Origin: Planctomycetota bacterium
GTDB lineage: Bacteria; Planctomycetota; PLA2; JAEUHO01
DNA length: 16,577 nucleotides
NCBI GenBank assembly: GCA_965223505.1
Contig: CBDCWP010000028.1
Coordinates: 1-16,577, forward strand
Direction of reading: 5' to 3'
Shown: piece after piece, positions 6,345 to 14,180 of the stretch
How positions within the stretch are numbered: position 1 is the stretch's first letter
How the letters are laid out: the number at the start of each line of letters is the position of its first letter
The notes under the pieces: generated by a model
Told to the model about the DNA's origin: nothing
What the model saw: only the letters and a program-made list of their open reading frames with translations
Databases searched by the model: none
Position numbers and translations under genes: made by a program

Positions 6345-9014
6345 TCAGTCCGCCAGGTGCCTCTTGATGTTCGCGAGCGCCTTGCTCTGCAGCTCGCGCG
6401 TCCCGGCGTCGCCGTCGCCCTCGGAGAGCAACCAGATCAGGGTCGACAGGTGCTCATCGACCGACCCACGCTCCTTCTTGGACGACGCGCGCTTCATGGC
6501 CTCGGCGTACTCCTCGACGATCGCGTCCTCGTGCGCCGCGACGTCGCCCTCGATGAGTCGAATGGCGAGCAGGGCGTCGGCCGCCCCCACGGCCTCCCAG
6601 AAGCTCGTCGCGCCGCGCCCGCGCTTCTCGACGAGACGCCACGCCGCCTCGAGCCCTGCGGTCAGGTCCTCGGTGGGCGTGCCTTCGCGCACCGCCAAGG
6701 CGCCGCAGAACGACAGCCAGTTGTTCAACGGGTAGTTGTCCTCGACGCCGGTGCGCTGCAGCGTGAGCTCGAACGCACGACGATACCCGTCGACCATGCG
6801 GCCGAGCGAGTCCGTGATCTCGTCGGCGTCTTGCAGGACCTTGAGGCGCCGCCGGTGCGACGCCGCGACCAGACTCGTTCGTTCGGACGTCTCGCCGCAG
6901 ATCTCGATCAACGTCTCGAGCTCCTTGATCGACGTCTCGATCATGTCGCGAGGATCGCGTTCGGACTGGTCCTCCCCGATCAGCTGGTCCGCCCAACGAA
7001 CGCGTAGATTGGCCCGTTGCTCCGCGGCACGCACGTCGCACGACGCATCTTCGAGCAACAGCGCGCGTTCGTAGTGCGCGACGGCCGATGCATAGTCGCG
7101 CAGCTCCCCGTAGGCCGCGCCGAGCGCCGCCTCGAGCGCCGCACTGTCGCGCCACTGCCCGTCGATCCGATTCACGAGCCGTCCCAACCGTGAAGCGGGG
7201 TCGTCGTCGTCGGACGTCTTCGCATGGGCTTTGAAGTTCTCGAGCGCAGCGAGGGCTTCGGAGACCGAAACGAACGGCGGCTCGGACGCCGGCGCCGGCA
7301 ACGCGGGCATGTTCGCGGTCAAGACGTACGCCGGGTCGCCGTAGCACTGGTAGGCGGCCCAGGTGTTGCGCTTCGGATGCGCGTGCTGGGTCGTCTCCCT
7401 CGCCTTCTTGACGGCCTGGCCGAACGACACGTCCGCGAACAGGGCGTCGTAGAGCGTGTCCGCGAACAACTTGGCCGCGTCGTCGATGACCGCCCACCCC
7501 GCCGCCACGACCGCGTGCACGCCCATGCGGATGAGCTGCGTGGAGATGTTGGCGGCCAGCTTCTCCAGCTCCGTACCCTCGATGTAGCCCAGGTGACAAC
7601 AGTTGATGAACACGAACTCGGGAACGTAGTCGAGCCCTTCGATGAACGCGGCCGTCAGGTACTCGCCGTCGCCGATCACCATTCCCGTGTTCTCGGGGTT
7701 CCCGCCGTGCTTGTAGACGCCGTGGCCGGCGAGGTGCAGCATGCGGAAGCGGCGCTGCTCGAGCGCGTCACGGATCGAGGCGGCGTCGGACTCGATGAGC
7801 GAGTGGACATCGATCTTCTTCTTGTCGAGCAGGTCGGCAACGTCCGTGGCTTCCTGTTTGGCTGCCGGGAGCGGCGGAAAGTTGCTCTTCGGATCGCCGA
7901 CGACGAGCGCGGCGTGCTCGATCTGCTCGCTCGACGCGGGCCGCCACTCCTCCACGACCAGCTGGCGAATCACACCGGCACGGACCGCAAGCGGAACCCG
8001 GCTCTCCAATGCGTCGTGCAGCATCTCCCACGGATACCGAGCCGCCCGCTCGTCGACGACGAGAACCAGATCTCGCTCGTCGGGCGCGGCCTCCCGAAGC
8101 TCTTCCGGGAGCAACCCTTCGAAGAGCTCGCGCGCCAACGCCTCGTTCCACGTCGTGCGCTCGATCGAGCTGCGGACCTTGTCGTCGACCGTGACCTCCA
8201 CCGTCGAGACCGTTGCGCGCGCACGGTCGGTCAAGACCGTGAACTCCAGCGTGCCCGCGCTGCCCGGCAGCTGCCGGATCTGGAGCCGACGCCACCACCC
8301 CTCCCGTTCGCCGTAGCCGACCCGCCGCCGGCCGCCGGAGACGGACGCGACGCTGCCGTCGGCGACGAAGCGCTTCGCGAGACGGCCGCTCTCGCAGATG
8401 CGGTTCAGCGCGTGCGCGGCCTCCACGGAGCGATCCTCGAACAGCTCGATGATGTCGAGCGTGTCGACGCGCGACGGGATCCCGCGCGATGCCAGGTCTT
8501 CGTTCGCGGCGTCGACCGCGCGCAGCGTCGCCGCGATCGCGTCGTTGACCGACAGGCCGCCGCTGCCGCTGCCGACGATCACGCTGCTCAGCGGCGCCGA
8601 GGCGACCGCGCCCTCGTCGACTCCGTCCGCCTTCTGTTCCGCGTACGCGACGACGGCATCCGTGAGCGTGCGGATGAGCGCACCGGACGACAATCGGCCG
8701 ACGGAACCCAGACCCGCGACGATCACACCCGGATGCTGCTTCTCCCCGAGGATGACCGTCTTCGATCCGATCGCGCCGGGGTACGTACCGGCCGCGCGCT
8801 GTTCGGACAGCCGCCGGTCGAACACGCGGTCGAGGTCCGCCTCGGCGCCCACGATGACGTCTCCCTCGTAGTGGCCGACGACGACGGGGTGTTGCGCGAA
8901 CGAAAGGTGACCGTGCACGACGCGTACGGGGATCGGCGTGGACGGCGCCTCGACCGAAACCTTCGCGACGACGTCGTCCGACGTCGGGAACAGCTGCACA
9001 TCATCGGTGCTCAT
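6345..9014 (-). CDS. CHAT-domain (caspase-like, clan CD) cysteine protease with an N-terminal macro/M17-N-like alpha/beta domain and a C-terminal TPR-like region, 889 aa
   Basis: Catalytic His motif MLHLAGHG and Cys motif VFINCCH. Also ARYPWEML, LPAAKQEA, VVAAGWAVIDDAA and WAAYQCYGDP. TPR-like helices follow (ALGAAYGELRDYASAVAHYERAL; YPLNNW; SFWEAV). Start moved to ATG 9014 (MSTDDVQ) because the first 92 aa of the track ORF are not protein-like and overlap the upstream gene. Confidence 0.92.
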   Translation of the reverse strand: MSTDDVQLFPTSDDVVAKVSVEAPSTPIPVRVVHGHLSFAQHPVVVGHYEGDVIVGAEADLDRVFDRRLSEQRAAGTYPGAIGSKTVILGEKQHPGVIVAGLGSVGRLSSGALIRTLTDAVVAYAEQKADGVDEGAVASAPLSSVIVGSGSGGLSVNDAIAATLRAVDAANEDLASRGIPSRVDTLDIIELFEDRSVEAAHALNRICESGRLAKRFVADGSVASVSGGRRRVGYGEREGWWRRLQIRQLPGSAGTLEFTVLTDRARATVSTVEVTVDDKVRSSIERTTWNEALARELFEGLLPEELREAAPDERDLVLVVDERAARYPWEMLHDALESRVPLAVRAGVIRQLVVEEWRPASSEQIEHAALVVGDPKSNFPPLPAAKQEATDVADLLDKKKIDVHSLIESDAASIRDALEQRRFRMLHLAGHGVYKHGGNPENTGMVIGDGEYLTAAFIEGLDYVPEFVFINCCHLGYIEGTELEKLAANISTQLIRMGVHAVVAAGWAVIDDAAKLFADTLYDALFADVSFGQAVKKARETTQHAHPKRNTWAAYQCYGDPAYVLTANMPALPAPASEPPFVSVSEALAALENFKAHAKTSDDDDPASRLGRLVNRIDGQWRDSAALEAALGAAYGELRDYASAVAHYERALLLEDASCDVRAAEQRANLRVRWADQLIGEDQSERDPRDMIETSIKELETLIEICGETSERTSLVAASHRRRLKVLQDADEITDSLGRMVDGYRRAFELTLQRTGVEDNYPLNNWLSFCGALAVREGTPTEDLTAGLEAAWRLVEKRGRGATSFWEAVGAADALLAIRLIEGDVAAHEDAIVEEYAEAMKRASSKKERGSVDEHLSTLIWLLSEGDGDAGTRELQSKALANIKRHLAD

Positions 9015-9068
9015 TGGCGCGGAGCGTATCAGATGCTCTCGGACGCAGACAGAGGCTAGGAACGGGCA

Positions 9069-9104
9069 CGGCGCGAATCGACGACGGCGTCGAGGGTCGC
9101 GCCG
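9069..9104. other. GC-rich imperfect stem-loop immediately after the stop of the 9106-10329 gene
   Basis: CGGCGCGA-a-TCGACG-acgg-CGTCGA-ggg-TCGCGCCG: an 8-bp plus a 6-bp stem. There is no U-tract, so it is not called an intrinsic terminator. Confidence 0.5.
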
Positions 9105-9105
9105 G

Positions 9106-10329
9106 CTAGACCACCCGCTCGGCGCACGTCGGACACATCGTGTGCGTGATGCGCGGTCCCGTGTTGCGCGGAACGAACTGGCCGACCGGAATCCAGGTGT
9201 CGGGCTCCGGGCAGACCCGCCCGCACCATGCGCACACGGCAACGAACCCGTCCGGCATTCCTTTGCCAAGACGGTCTCGGTCGAGCGCATGACCGCGCTC
9301 CCGCATGAACTTCGCGACGCGCACCATCAACGCGTGCTGCTCCGCGACGAAGCGCTTGCGATGCGAGATCAGTTCGTCCGTGTAGGCGGCGTCGGCGGAA
9401 CCCAGCGCCGGCAGATTGTGGACGGCCTGGTCGAGCTGTGCAATGCGCGTGAGAACCGCCCCCGCGACCAGGTCGTACGCTTCCTGAGCGGCGTCGCGCA
9501 TCTCGAGCTCACCGGCCAGGAACCGTGCGATCTGCGCGCCCTGTTCGATACGGTCGGAACATCGAAACGGTTCACGCGCGATCGCTTCCAGCAGCGCCAT
9601 TCCCTCGCGCGCGCGCTCGGCGGCGCAACGCGTGTCGCCGGTCGCCAATGCCGCTCGGATCCAACGCGGGATGATCTGCAACCGGCGTTCGGGTGGGAGG
9701 TCCGTCCGGCCGATCTGCTCGATCGTGCCGATGGCGCGCGGCGCGTCGCCTTCCAAGAGGGCGATCTCGGCTTCGCACGTCATCGCGACGAAGCGGTCCT
9801 CCTCCGTCGGCTCGACGTCGGTCGCCATGGCACGCCGAAAGCCGGCGAGGTGGTCGCGGGCGCGATCGACGTCGCGCACGTGAATGGCGTGGGCGGCGCC
9901 CGACTCGTGATACGCCTTCTCGAGAACATGCCGTGCGGATCCCGAGACCCGGCGTAGGAGCGCTTTCATCTCGTCGAGCTCGGTCCCCAACAGCTCGACC
10001 ATGTAGAGCCGATTCAGCGCTCCGCAGATGCCGCCGTAGGCATGCACGAGGTGCTCTTCGGCGCCGGGCACACGGGTGAGATCAGCAAGCTGACGCCCGA
10101 GGATCAGCGACTCGAAGTACCGGCCGGTCCGCCCGTAGACGGTGATGAGGCTGCGAAGCGCGAGGACCTCGTCGCCGTCGCGGCGACCGCGGACCGACGC
10201 CAGGGCGTTGAGGAACACGCGCTCGGCGCCCTGGAGCTCGCCCTGTTCGGCGAGCTTGCGCCCGAAGACGATGCCCTGCAGGAATGCGCGGGTCGGCGCA
10301 AACCGGTCCCCGTTCGTTTCCCTCACCAT
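9106..10329 (-). CDS. Hypothetical TPR-like helical protein with a C-terminal CxxC...H..CxxC zinc-ribbon domain, 407 aa
   Basis: GGAGG SD before ATG 10329. Ala/Leu-rich helical repeats (GELQGAERVFLNAL; EIALLEGDAPRAI). C-terminal VAVCAWCGRV...W...ITHTMCPTC matches the 'ICAWCK.IR..W...SHGICP.C' tail seen on many response regulators and PAS proteins. Confidence 0.8.
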   Translation of the reverse strand: MVRETNGDRFAPTRAFLQGIVFGRKLAEQGELQGAERVFLNALASVRGRRDGDEVLALRSLITVYGRTGRYFESLILGRQLADLTRVPGAEEHLVHAYGGICGALNRLYMVELLGTELDEMKALLRRVSGSARHVLEKAYHESGAAHAIHVRDVDRARDHLAGFRRAMATDVEPTEEDRFVAMTCEAEIALLEGDAPRAIGTIEQIGRTDLPPERRLQIIPRWIRAALATGDTRCAAERAREGMALLEAIAREPFRCSDRIEQGAQIARFLAGELEMRDAAQEAYDLVAGAVLTRIAQLDQAVHNLPALGSADAAYTDELISHRKRFVAEQHALMVRVAKFMRERGHALDRDRLGKGMPDGFVAVCAWCGRVCPEPDTWIPVGQFVPRNTGPRITHTMCPTCAERVV

Positions 10330-10395
10330 GGCAGGACCTCCGAGGCCGAAGCTAGCCACGCCCTTCCCGGGACGACGTGATTTCTGCGACTCGCC

Positions 10396-10423
10396 GGGAA
10401 CGGGCCGTCGACTCGGTCGTATA
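10396..10423 (+). promoter_or_regulatory. ECF-type (sigmaW-like) promoter GGGAAC-N16-CGTATA, probably autoregulatory
   Basis: AAC in the -35 and CGTA in the -10 with 16-nt spacing, 25 bp upstream of the ECF sigma ATG. The B. subtilis sigmaW consensus is TGAAAC-N16-CGTA. Confidence 0.65.
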
Positions 10424-10448
10424 GAGGTTGATTCGAGCGGATTCCGGT

Positions 10449-10718
10449 ATGCGAGACGAAGACAGTCCGGTGGTGCGGGCCGTGATCAACGGAGATCACG
10501 AGCGCTTCCGCGTCGTCGTCGAACGGTACGAGACGCCCGTCTTCGCCGTCGTACGGTCTTTTCTCGGCGCCGATCCACGCTGCGAGGACGTGGCCCAGGA
10601 CGTCTTCCTCACCGCGTTCGCCCGCCTTGCGACCTATCGAAGCGACCGTGGCCGGTTTCGCCCGTGGCTGCTCACGATCGCCCGAAACAAGTGTCGCGAC
10701 GAACTGCGGCGGCGCGGT
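10449..10718 (+). pseudogene. ECF RNA polymerase sigma-70 factor, N-terminal ~90 aa only (region 2 present, region 4 missing)
   Basis: GDHERFRVVVERY...CEDVAQDVFLTAF...FRPWLLTIARNKCRDELRRR is canonical ECF region 2. Similarity stops abruptly and the frame then runs through the antisense of the HTH gene. The truncation may be an assembly junction rather than true decay. Confidence 0.82.
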
Positions 10719-10742
10719 TCGCAGTCCCTCGGAGAGGTCTCC

Positions 10743-11000
10743 CTAGTGCCGCTGTCCGGTCATCCCGGGCACTTCCGGGACGACGTGGACGTCGGGGCGA
10801 TCCATGGATCCGAATACGCGGTCCTTGTCGGAGACCTTCAGGCCCAGGGCGAGCAGGATCTTGCGCTTGGTGTCCAGGCGACACGGCCGCCCGGCCTCCA
10901 CGCGGTCGATCGTCAGGGTGGAGAGGCCCGCCTTCCGGGCGAGCTCCGCTTTGCTCATCATGAGGTTCTCGCGAAACCTCTGAACCTGATTTCTGGCCAC
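10743..11000 (-). CDS. XRE-family helix-turn-helix transcriptional regulator, 85 aa
   Basis: GGAGG SD before GTG 11000. RENLMMSKAELARKAGLSTLTIDRVEAGRPCRLDTKRKILLALG is an HTH_3 fold of the subfamily I recall from deltaproteobacterial pilus loci. Confidence 0.9.
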   Translation of the reverse strand: MARNQVQRFRENLMMSKAELARKAGLSTLTIDRVEAGRPCRLDTKRKILLALGLKVSDKDRVFGSMDRPDVHVVPEVPGMTGQRH

Positions 11001-11050
11001 CGATCATCCTCCGCGGCCCGCCCCATTCCGGATGGGTCGGACTCTTCGCG

Positions 11051-11078
11051 TATCGGACCGGTGTTTCAGGGACTTGAG
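11051..11078 (-). promoter_or_regulatory. Sigma28 (FliA/WhiG)-like promoter CTCAA-N16-TCCGATA upstream of the HTH gene
   Basis: Minus strand reads ctcaagtccctgaaacaccggtccgata, about 50 bp before the start. It resembles TAAA-N15/16-GCCGATA with mismatches. Confidence 0.45.
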
Positions 11079-11276
11079 ACGCCCGGACTCCGCTTCCTTG
11101 TGCGGCGGATCACATCGGACGCGCGTGCAGGGGCGTCGCAGGCCGGACGTGGTCCCCGGGTGGCAGCGGTAGGGGAAATCCGCTCATCTCTGCCCTCTCC
11201 CGGGCCGATGGGAGGAGCGGGGCCGTCCGGACTCGACGATTCACCCGGGTCCTTTTGGCCCCAACCGGAGAGCGCG

Positions 11277-12638
11277 GTGTTCCAGAGGATCCTGGTCGTC
11301 GACGACGAAGAAGCCCTGCGAGAGAGCCTCGAGATCGTGCTCTCCGCCGACGGCTACACGGTACTGACCGCCGCCTCGGGCGCGGAGGCGCTCGAGATCG
11401 TCGCCTCCACGCCGGTCGACGCGGTGCTCTGCGATCTCCGGATGCCGGGCATCGACGGATTCGACCTGATTCCCCAGCTGAGCCGCCAGCTTCCCGGAGT
11501 GCCGGTGATCCTGATGTCGGCCCACGGCACCGACGACCTGGCGGTCGAGGCCATCCAGCGCGGCGCCTACGACTACCTCGCGAAGCCCTTCCAGCCCGCC
11601 GAGATCCGACTCACCCTGCTGAAGGCCCAGGAGCGCGAGAGCCTGCGCCGCCAGAAGGACCTGCTGCAGCGCGACATGTCGCGCAGCGTCGGCGAGCGGG
11701 CGATCGTCGCCGCCTCGGAGCCCATGATCCAGCTCCTGGAGCTGCTCGAACGGGCGGCGGGCTACAAGTCGACCGTCCTCGTCACGGGGGAGAGCGGGAC
11801 CGGCAAGGAGGTGATCGCCCGGGCGATCCACGCCCAGTCCCCCCGTCGCGAGGCGCCCTTCGTAGGGGTCAACTGCGGTGCGATCCCCGAGAACCTGCTC
11901 GAGAGCGAGCTCTTCGGTCACGCCAAGGGTGCCTTCACCGGGGCGGACCGAGCGCGCCGCGGTCTCTTCGCCGAGGCCCACCAGGGCACCCTCTTCCTCG
12001 ACGAGATCGCGGAGATTCCGACCGCGCTCCAGGTGAAGCTGCTGCGTGCGATCCAGGAGGAGGAGATCCGTCCGGTCGGGGAGTCGAAGTCCCAGAAGGT
12101 CGACGTCCGCATCATCGCCGCCACCGCCCGGGACCTCGAGCAGGAGATCGCGGCGGGGCGCTTTCGCGAGGACCTCTTCTACCGCCTCAACGTCGTGCGT
12201 CTCGAGGTCCCCCCGCTGCGCGATCGGGCCGAGGACATTCCCCTGCTCGTCGACCACTTCCTCGGTCGCTTCCGCGAGGCCCTCGGCAAGAACGTGCGTC
12301 GGGTCTCGGACGAGGCCCTCGAACGCCTCGTCTCCTACCCCTGGCCCGGGAACGTGCGGGAGCTCGAGAACCTGATCGAGCGCGCGGTGATCCTGACCGA
12401 CGGAGACGTGATCGAGCCCTCCCATCTTCCGACGATGTCGGCGCCTGCGCCCGAGGGCGCACGGGAGGACGCGGACTTCTCGTTGAAGCGCGGACGCAAG
12501 GTCTTCGAGGCCGGGCTGATCCGACGGGCCCTGGCCGCGACCGACGGCAACCGGACCCACGCCGCGCGGCTGCTCGAGATCAGCCACCGCGCCCTGCTCT
12601 ACAAGATCAAGGAGTACGGAATCCGGGACGACGCCTGA
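11277..12638 (+). CDS. Sigma54-dependent NtrC-family response regulator (REC-AAA+-Fis HTH), PilR2/AtoC-like, 453 aa
   Basis: GGAG SD then GTG 11277. REC motifs [22 protein letters not shown]. Walker [22 protein letters not shown], Walker [51 protein letters not shown]. Confidence 0.95.
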   Translation: MFQRILVVDDEEALRESLEIVLSADGYTVLTAASGAEALEIVASTPVDAVLCDLRMPGIDGFDLIPQLSRQLPGVPVILMSAHGTDDLAVEAIQRGAYDYLAKPFQPAEIRLTLLKAQERESLRRQKDLLQRDMSRSVGERAIVAASEPMIQLLELLERAAGYKSTVLVTGESGTGKEVIARAIHAQSPRREAPFVGVNCGAIPENLLESELFGHAKGAFTGADRARRGLFAEAHQGTLFLDEIAEIPTALQVKLLRAIQEEEIRPVGESKSQKVDVRIIAATARDLEQEIAAGRFREDLFYRLNVVRLEVPPLRDRAEDIPLLVDHFLGRFREALGKNVRRVSDEALERLVSYPWPGNVRELENLIERAVILTDGDVIEPSHLPTMSAPAPEGAREDADFSLKRGRKVFEAGLIRRALAATDGNRTHAARLLEISHRALLYKIKEYGIRDDA

Positions 12639-12669
12639 GGCGTCCACCGGCCCCCGCGCGAAGGCGAGC

Positions 12670-14178
12670 TCAGGCGGGGTCGCCCGACCGGGTGCGCACG
12701 TCCGGCGGCGCAGCGCCCGCCTCGTCGGAGGCGGCGGGCAGCACGAAGCGGAACCGGGCCCCGCCGAGATCCGAGGGCTCGCGATCGAGCTCGATGCGCC
12801 CCTGCATCTCCTCCGCGAGCCGCCTCGCGTTGGCCAGCCCGAGGCCCGTTCCCTCTCCGGGGGCCTTCGTCGTGAAGAAGGGGTCGAAGACCCGCTCGCG
12901 AAGCCCTTCCGAGACGCCCGGACCGGAGTCCTCCACCCAGCAGGCCACGGCGTCGCGGCTCGAGCGGGCATGGGCGCGCTCGCGCTCGTCCCCCGCCCGC
13001 TGGCGATACGCTGCGGACCCGACCTCCAGCCGGATCGCCCGACGCTCCGCCCCCTCGAGCGCCGCCGCGGCGTTCAGGACCAGATTGAGCAGGATCTGGG
13101 AGACCAGACCCGCGTCGCCGAGCGCCCGGGGCGCCGCCATCTCCTCGGCCACCACCTCGAAGTCGATGTCCCGATAGGCCGGCTGCGCGACCACGAGCTC
13201 CACCGCCTGCCGGGCCACGTCGTCCAGCGCGATCGGCACGTGCTCGACGGAGGGGGGGCGCGAGAAGTCGAGCAGCTGCCGCAGGATGGTGCGAACCCGC
13301 TCGCCCTGCTCCCGCGCGCGATCGACGCAATGCCGCCCCTTCTCGCCGAGTCCCGGATCCCGGGCCACGCCGTCGAGGAAGGCCAGCAGCGCGCCCATCG
13401 GATTGCCGACCTCATGGGCGACCCCCGCTGCGAGGCTGCCGACCATGGCGAGTCGCTCGGCCCGATCGAGCCCCTCGCGTGCCTGGACGAGGCTCGCGTT
13501 GGTGCGACGAAGCTCCTCGACGGCCTTCTCCAGCGCCCGGGTGCGCTGCGCGAGCGACTCCTGCATCTCGTTGAAGGCCTGTCCCAGAGCCGCGATTTCG
13601 CCCACGCCCTCGACCGGGGCGCGGGCCTCGAGGTCCCCTTCGCCGATCTCCCGGACCGCCATCGCCAGCCGCCGCAACGGGCCCACGACCCGTCCGCGCA
13701 GCAGGCGGTAGCCGAAGAGACCGAAGATCACGACGTCGAAGAGCACGATCCCCGCGAGCACGACTCCCGAGAGCGGGGCGTCGATCCGCCCGGCGATCGC
13801 GCCCTGCCCCCTGGCCTGGGGAGCGGCAAATCGAAGCGGGGCCCAGGGCGCGCCGGATCGCACGAGGGGGCCGCGCCGCTCGAGCGCCTCCCGGGCGAGC
13901 GCCAGGGTGGCGGCATCGGGTGGCGTCGGCACTCCGGCCAGCCCACGGGCCTCGCCGGATTCGTCGAGCCGCCACCAGAGCCCGCCCTCGATCGGCTGGA
14001 TCTCGAAGCGGGCGGTCCGCGTCGACTCGAAGAAGCCGCGGGCCAGCAGCTCGTGGAGCCCGTCGATGCGGGCCTGGCTCGTCTTCAGGAAGGTGACCGT
14101 CAGCAGCCCGGTGGCGGCCACCATCAGCAGCGCGAGCGAGAGGAGCACTTCGGCATGGACGCCGTGGCGGAAGCCCAC
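12670..14178 (-). CDS. Membrane sensor histidine kinase (2 TM, HAMP, HisKA, HATPase_c), PilS2-like
   Basis: Two TM helices. HAMP VVGPLRRLA...GEIAALGQAFNEM. H-box GVAHEVGNP, N-box QILLNLVLNA, G1 EDSGPG, F FDPFFTTK, G2 GTGLGLA. GGAGG lies 7 nt before GTG 14178 (the alternative start is TTG 14184). Confidence 0.93.
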   Translation of the reverse strand: MGFRHGVHAEVLLSLALLMVAATGLLTVTFLKTSQARIDGLHELLARGFFESTRTARFEIQPIEGGLWWRLDESGEARGLAGVPTPPDAATLALAREALERRGPLVRSGAPWAPLRFAAPQARGQGAIAGRIDAPLSGVVLAGIVLFDVVIFGLFGYRLLRGRVVGPLRRLAMAVREIGEGDLEARAPVEGVGEIAALGQAFNEMQESLAQRTRALEKAVEELRRTNASLVQAREGLDRAERLAMVGSLAAGVAHEVGNPMGALLAFLDGVARDPGLGEKGRHCVDRAREQGERVRTILRQLLDFSRPPSVEHVPIALDDVARQAVELVVAQPAYRDIDFEVVAEEMAAPRALGDAGLVSQILLNLVLNAAAALEGAERRAIRLEVGSAAYRQRAGDERERAHARSSRDAVACWVEDSGPGVSEGLRERVFDPFFTTKAPGEGTGLGLANARRLAEEMQGRIELDREPSDLGGARFRFVLPAASDEAGAAPPDVRTRSGDPA

Positions 14179-14180
14179 GA

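Noticed and set aside
6173..6367. 64-aa track ORF in the gap before the CHAT stop
   Set aside because: Arg/Gly/Pro-rich and overlaps the CHAT gene; the 6165..6344 frame has a signal peptide and lipobox and fits the gap.
9015..9290. 92-aa N-terminal extension of the CHAT ORF
   Set aside because: Low-complexity Arg/Ser-rich sequence that overlaps the upstream gene; ATG 9014 has a plausible -10 box.
10428..12638. 736-aa ORF as a single CDS
   Set aside because: Its middle is the antisense of a well-supported HTH gene plus intergenic DNA, and the NtrC part has its own SD and start. It was split into a sigma fragment and a response regulator.
12630..12644. Inverted repeat GACGCC-TGA-GGCGTC around the response regulator stop as a terminator
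   Set aside because: Short stem, overlaps the CDS end and has no U-tract.
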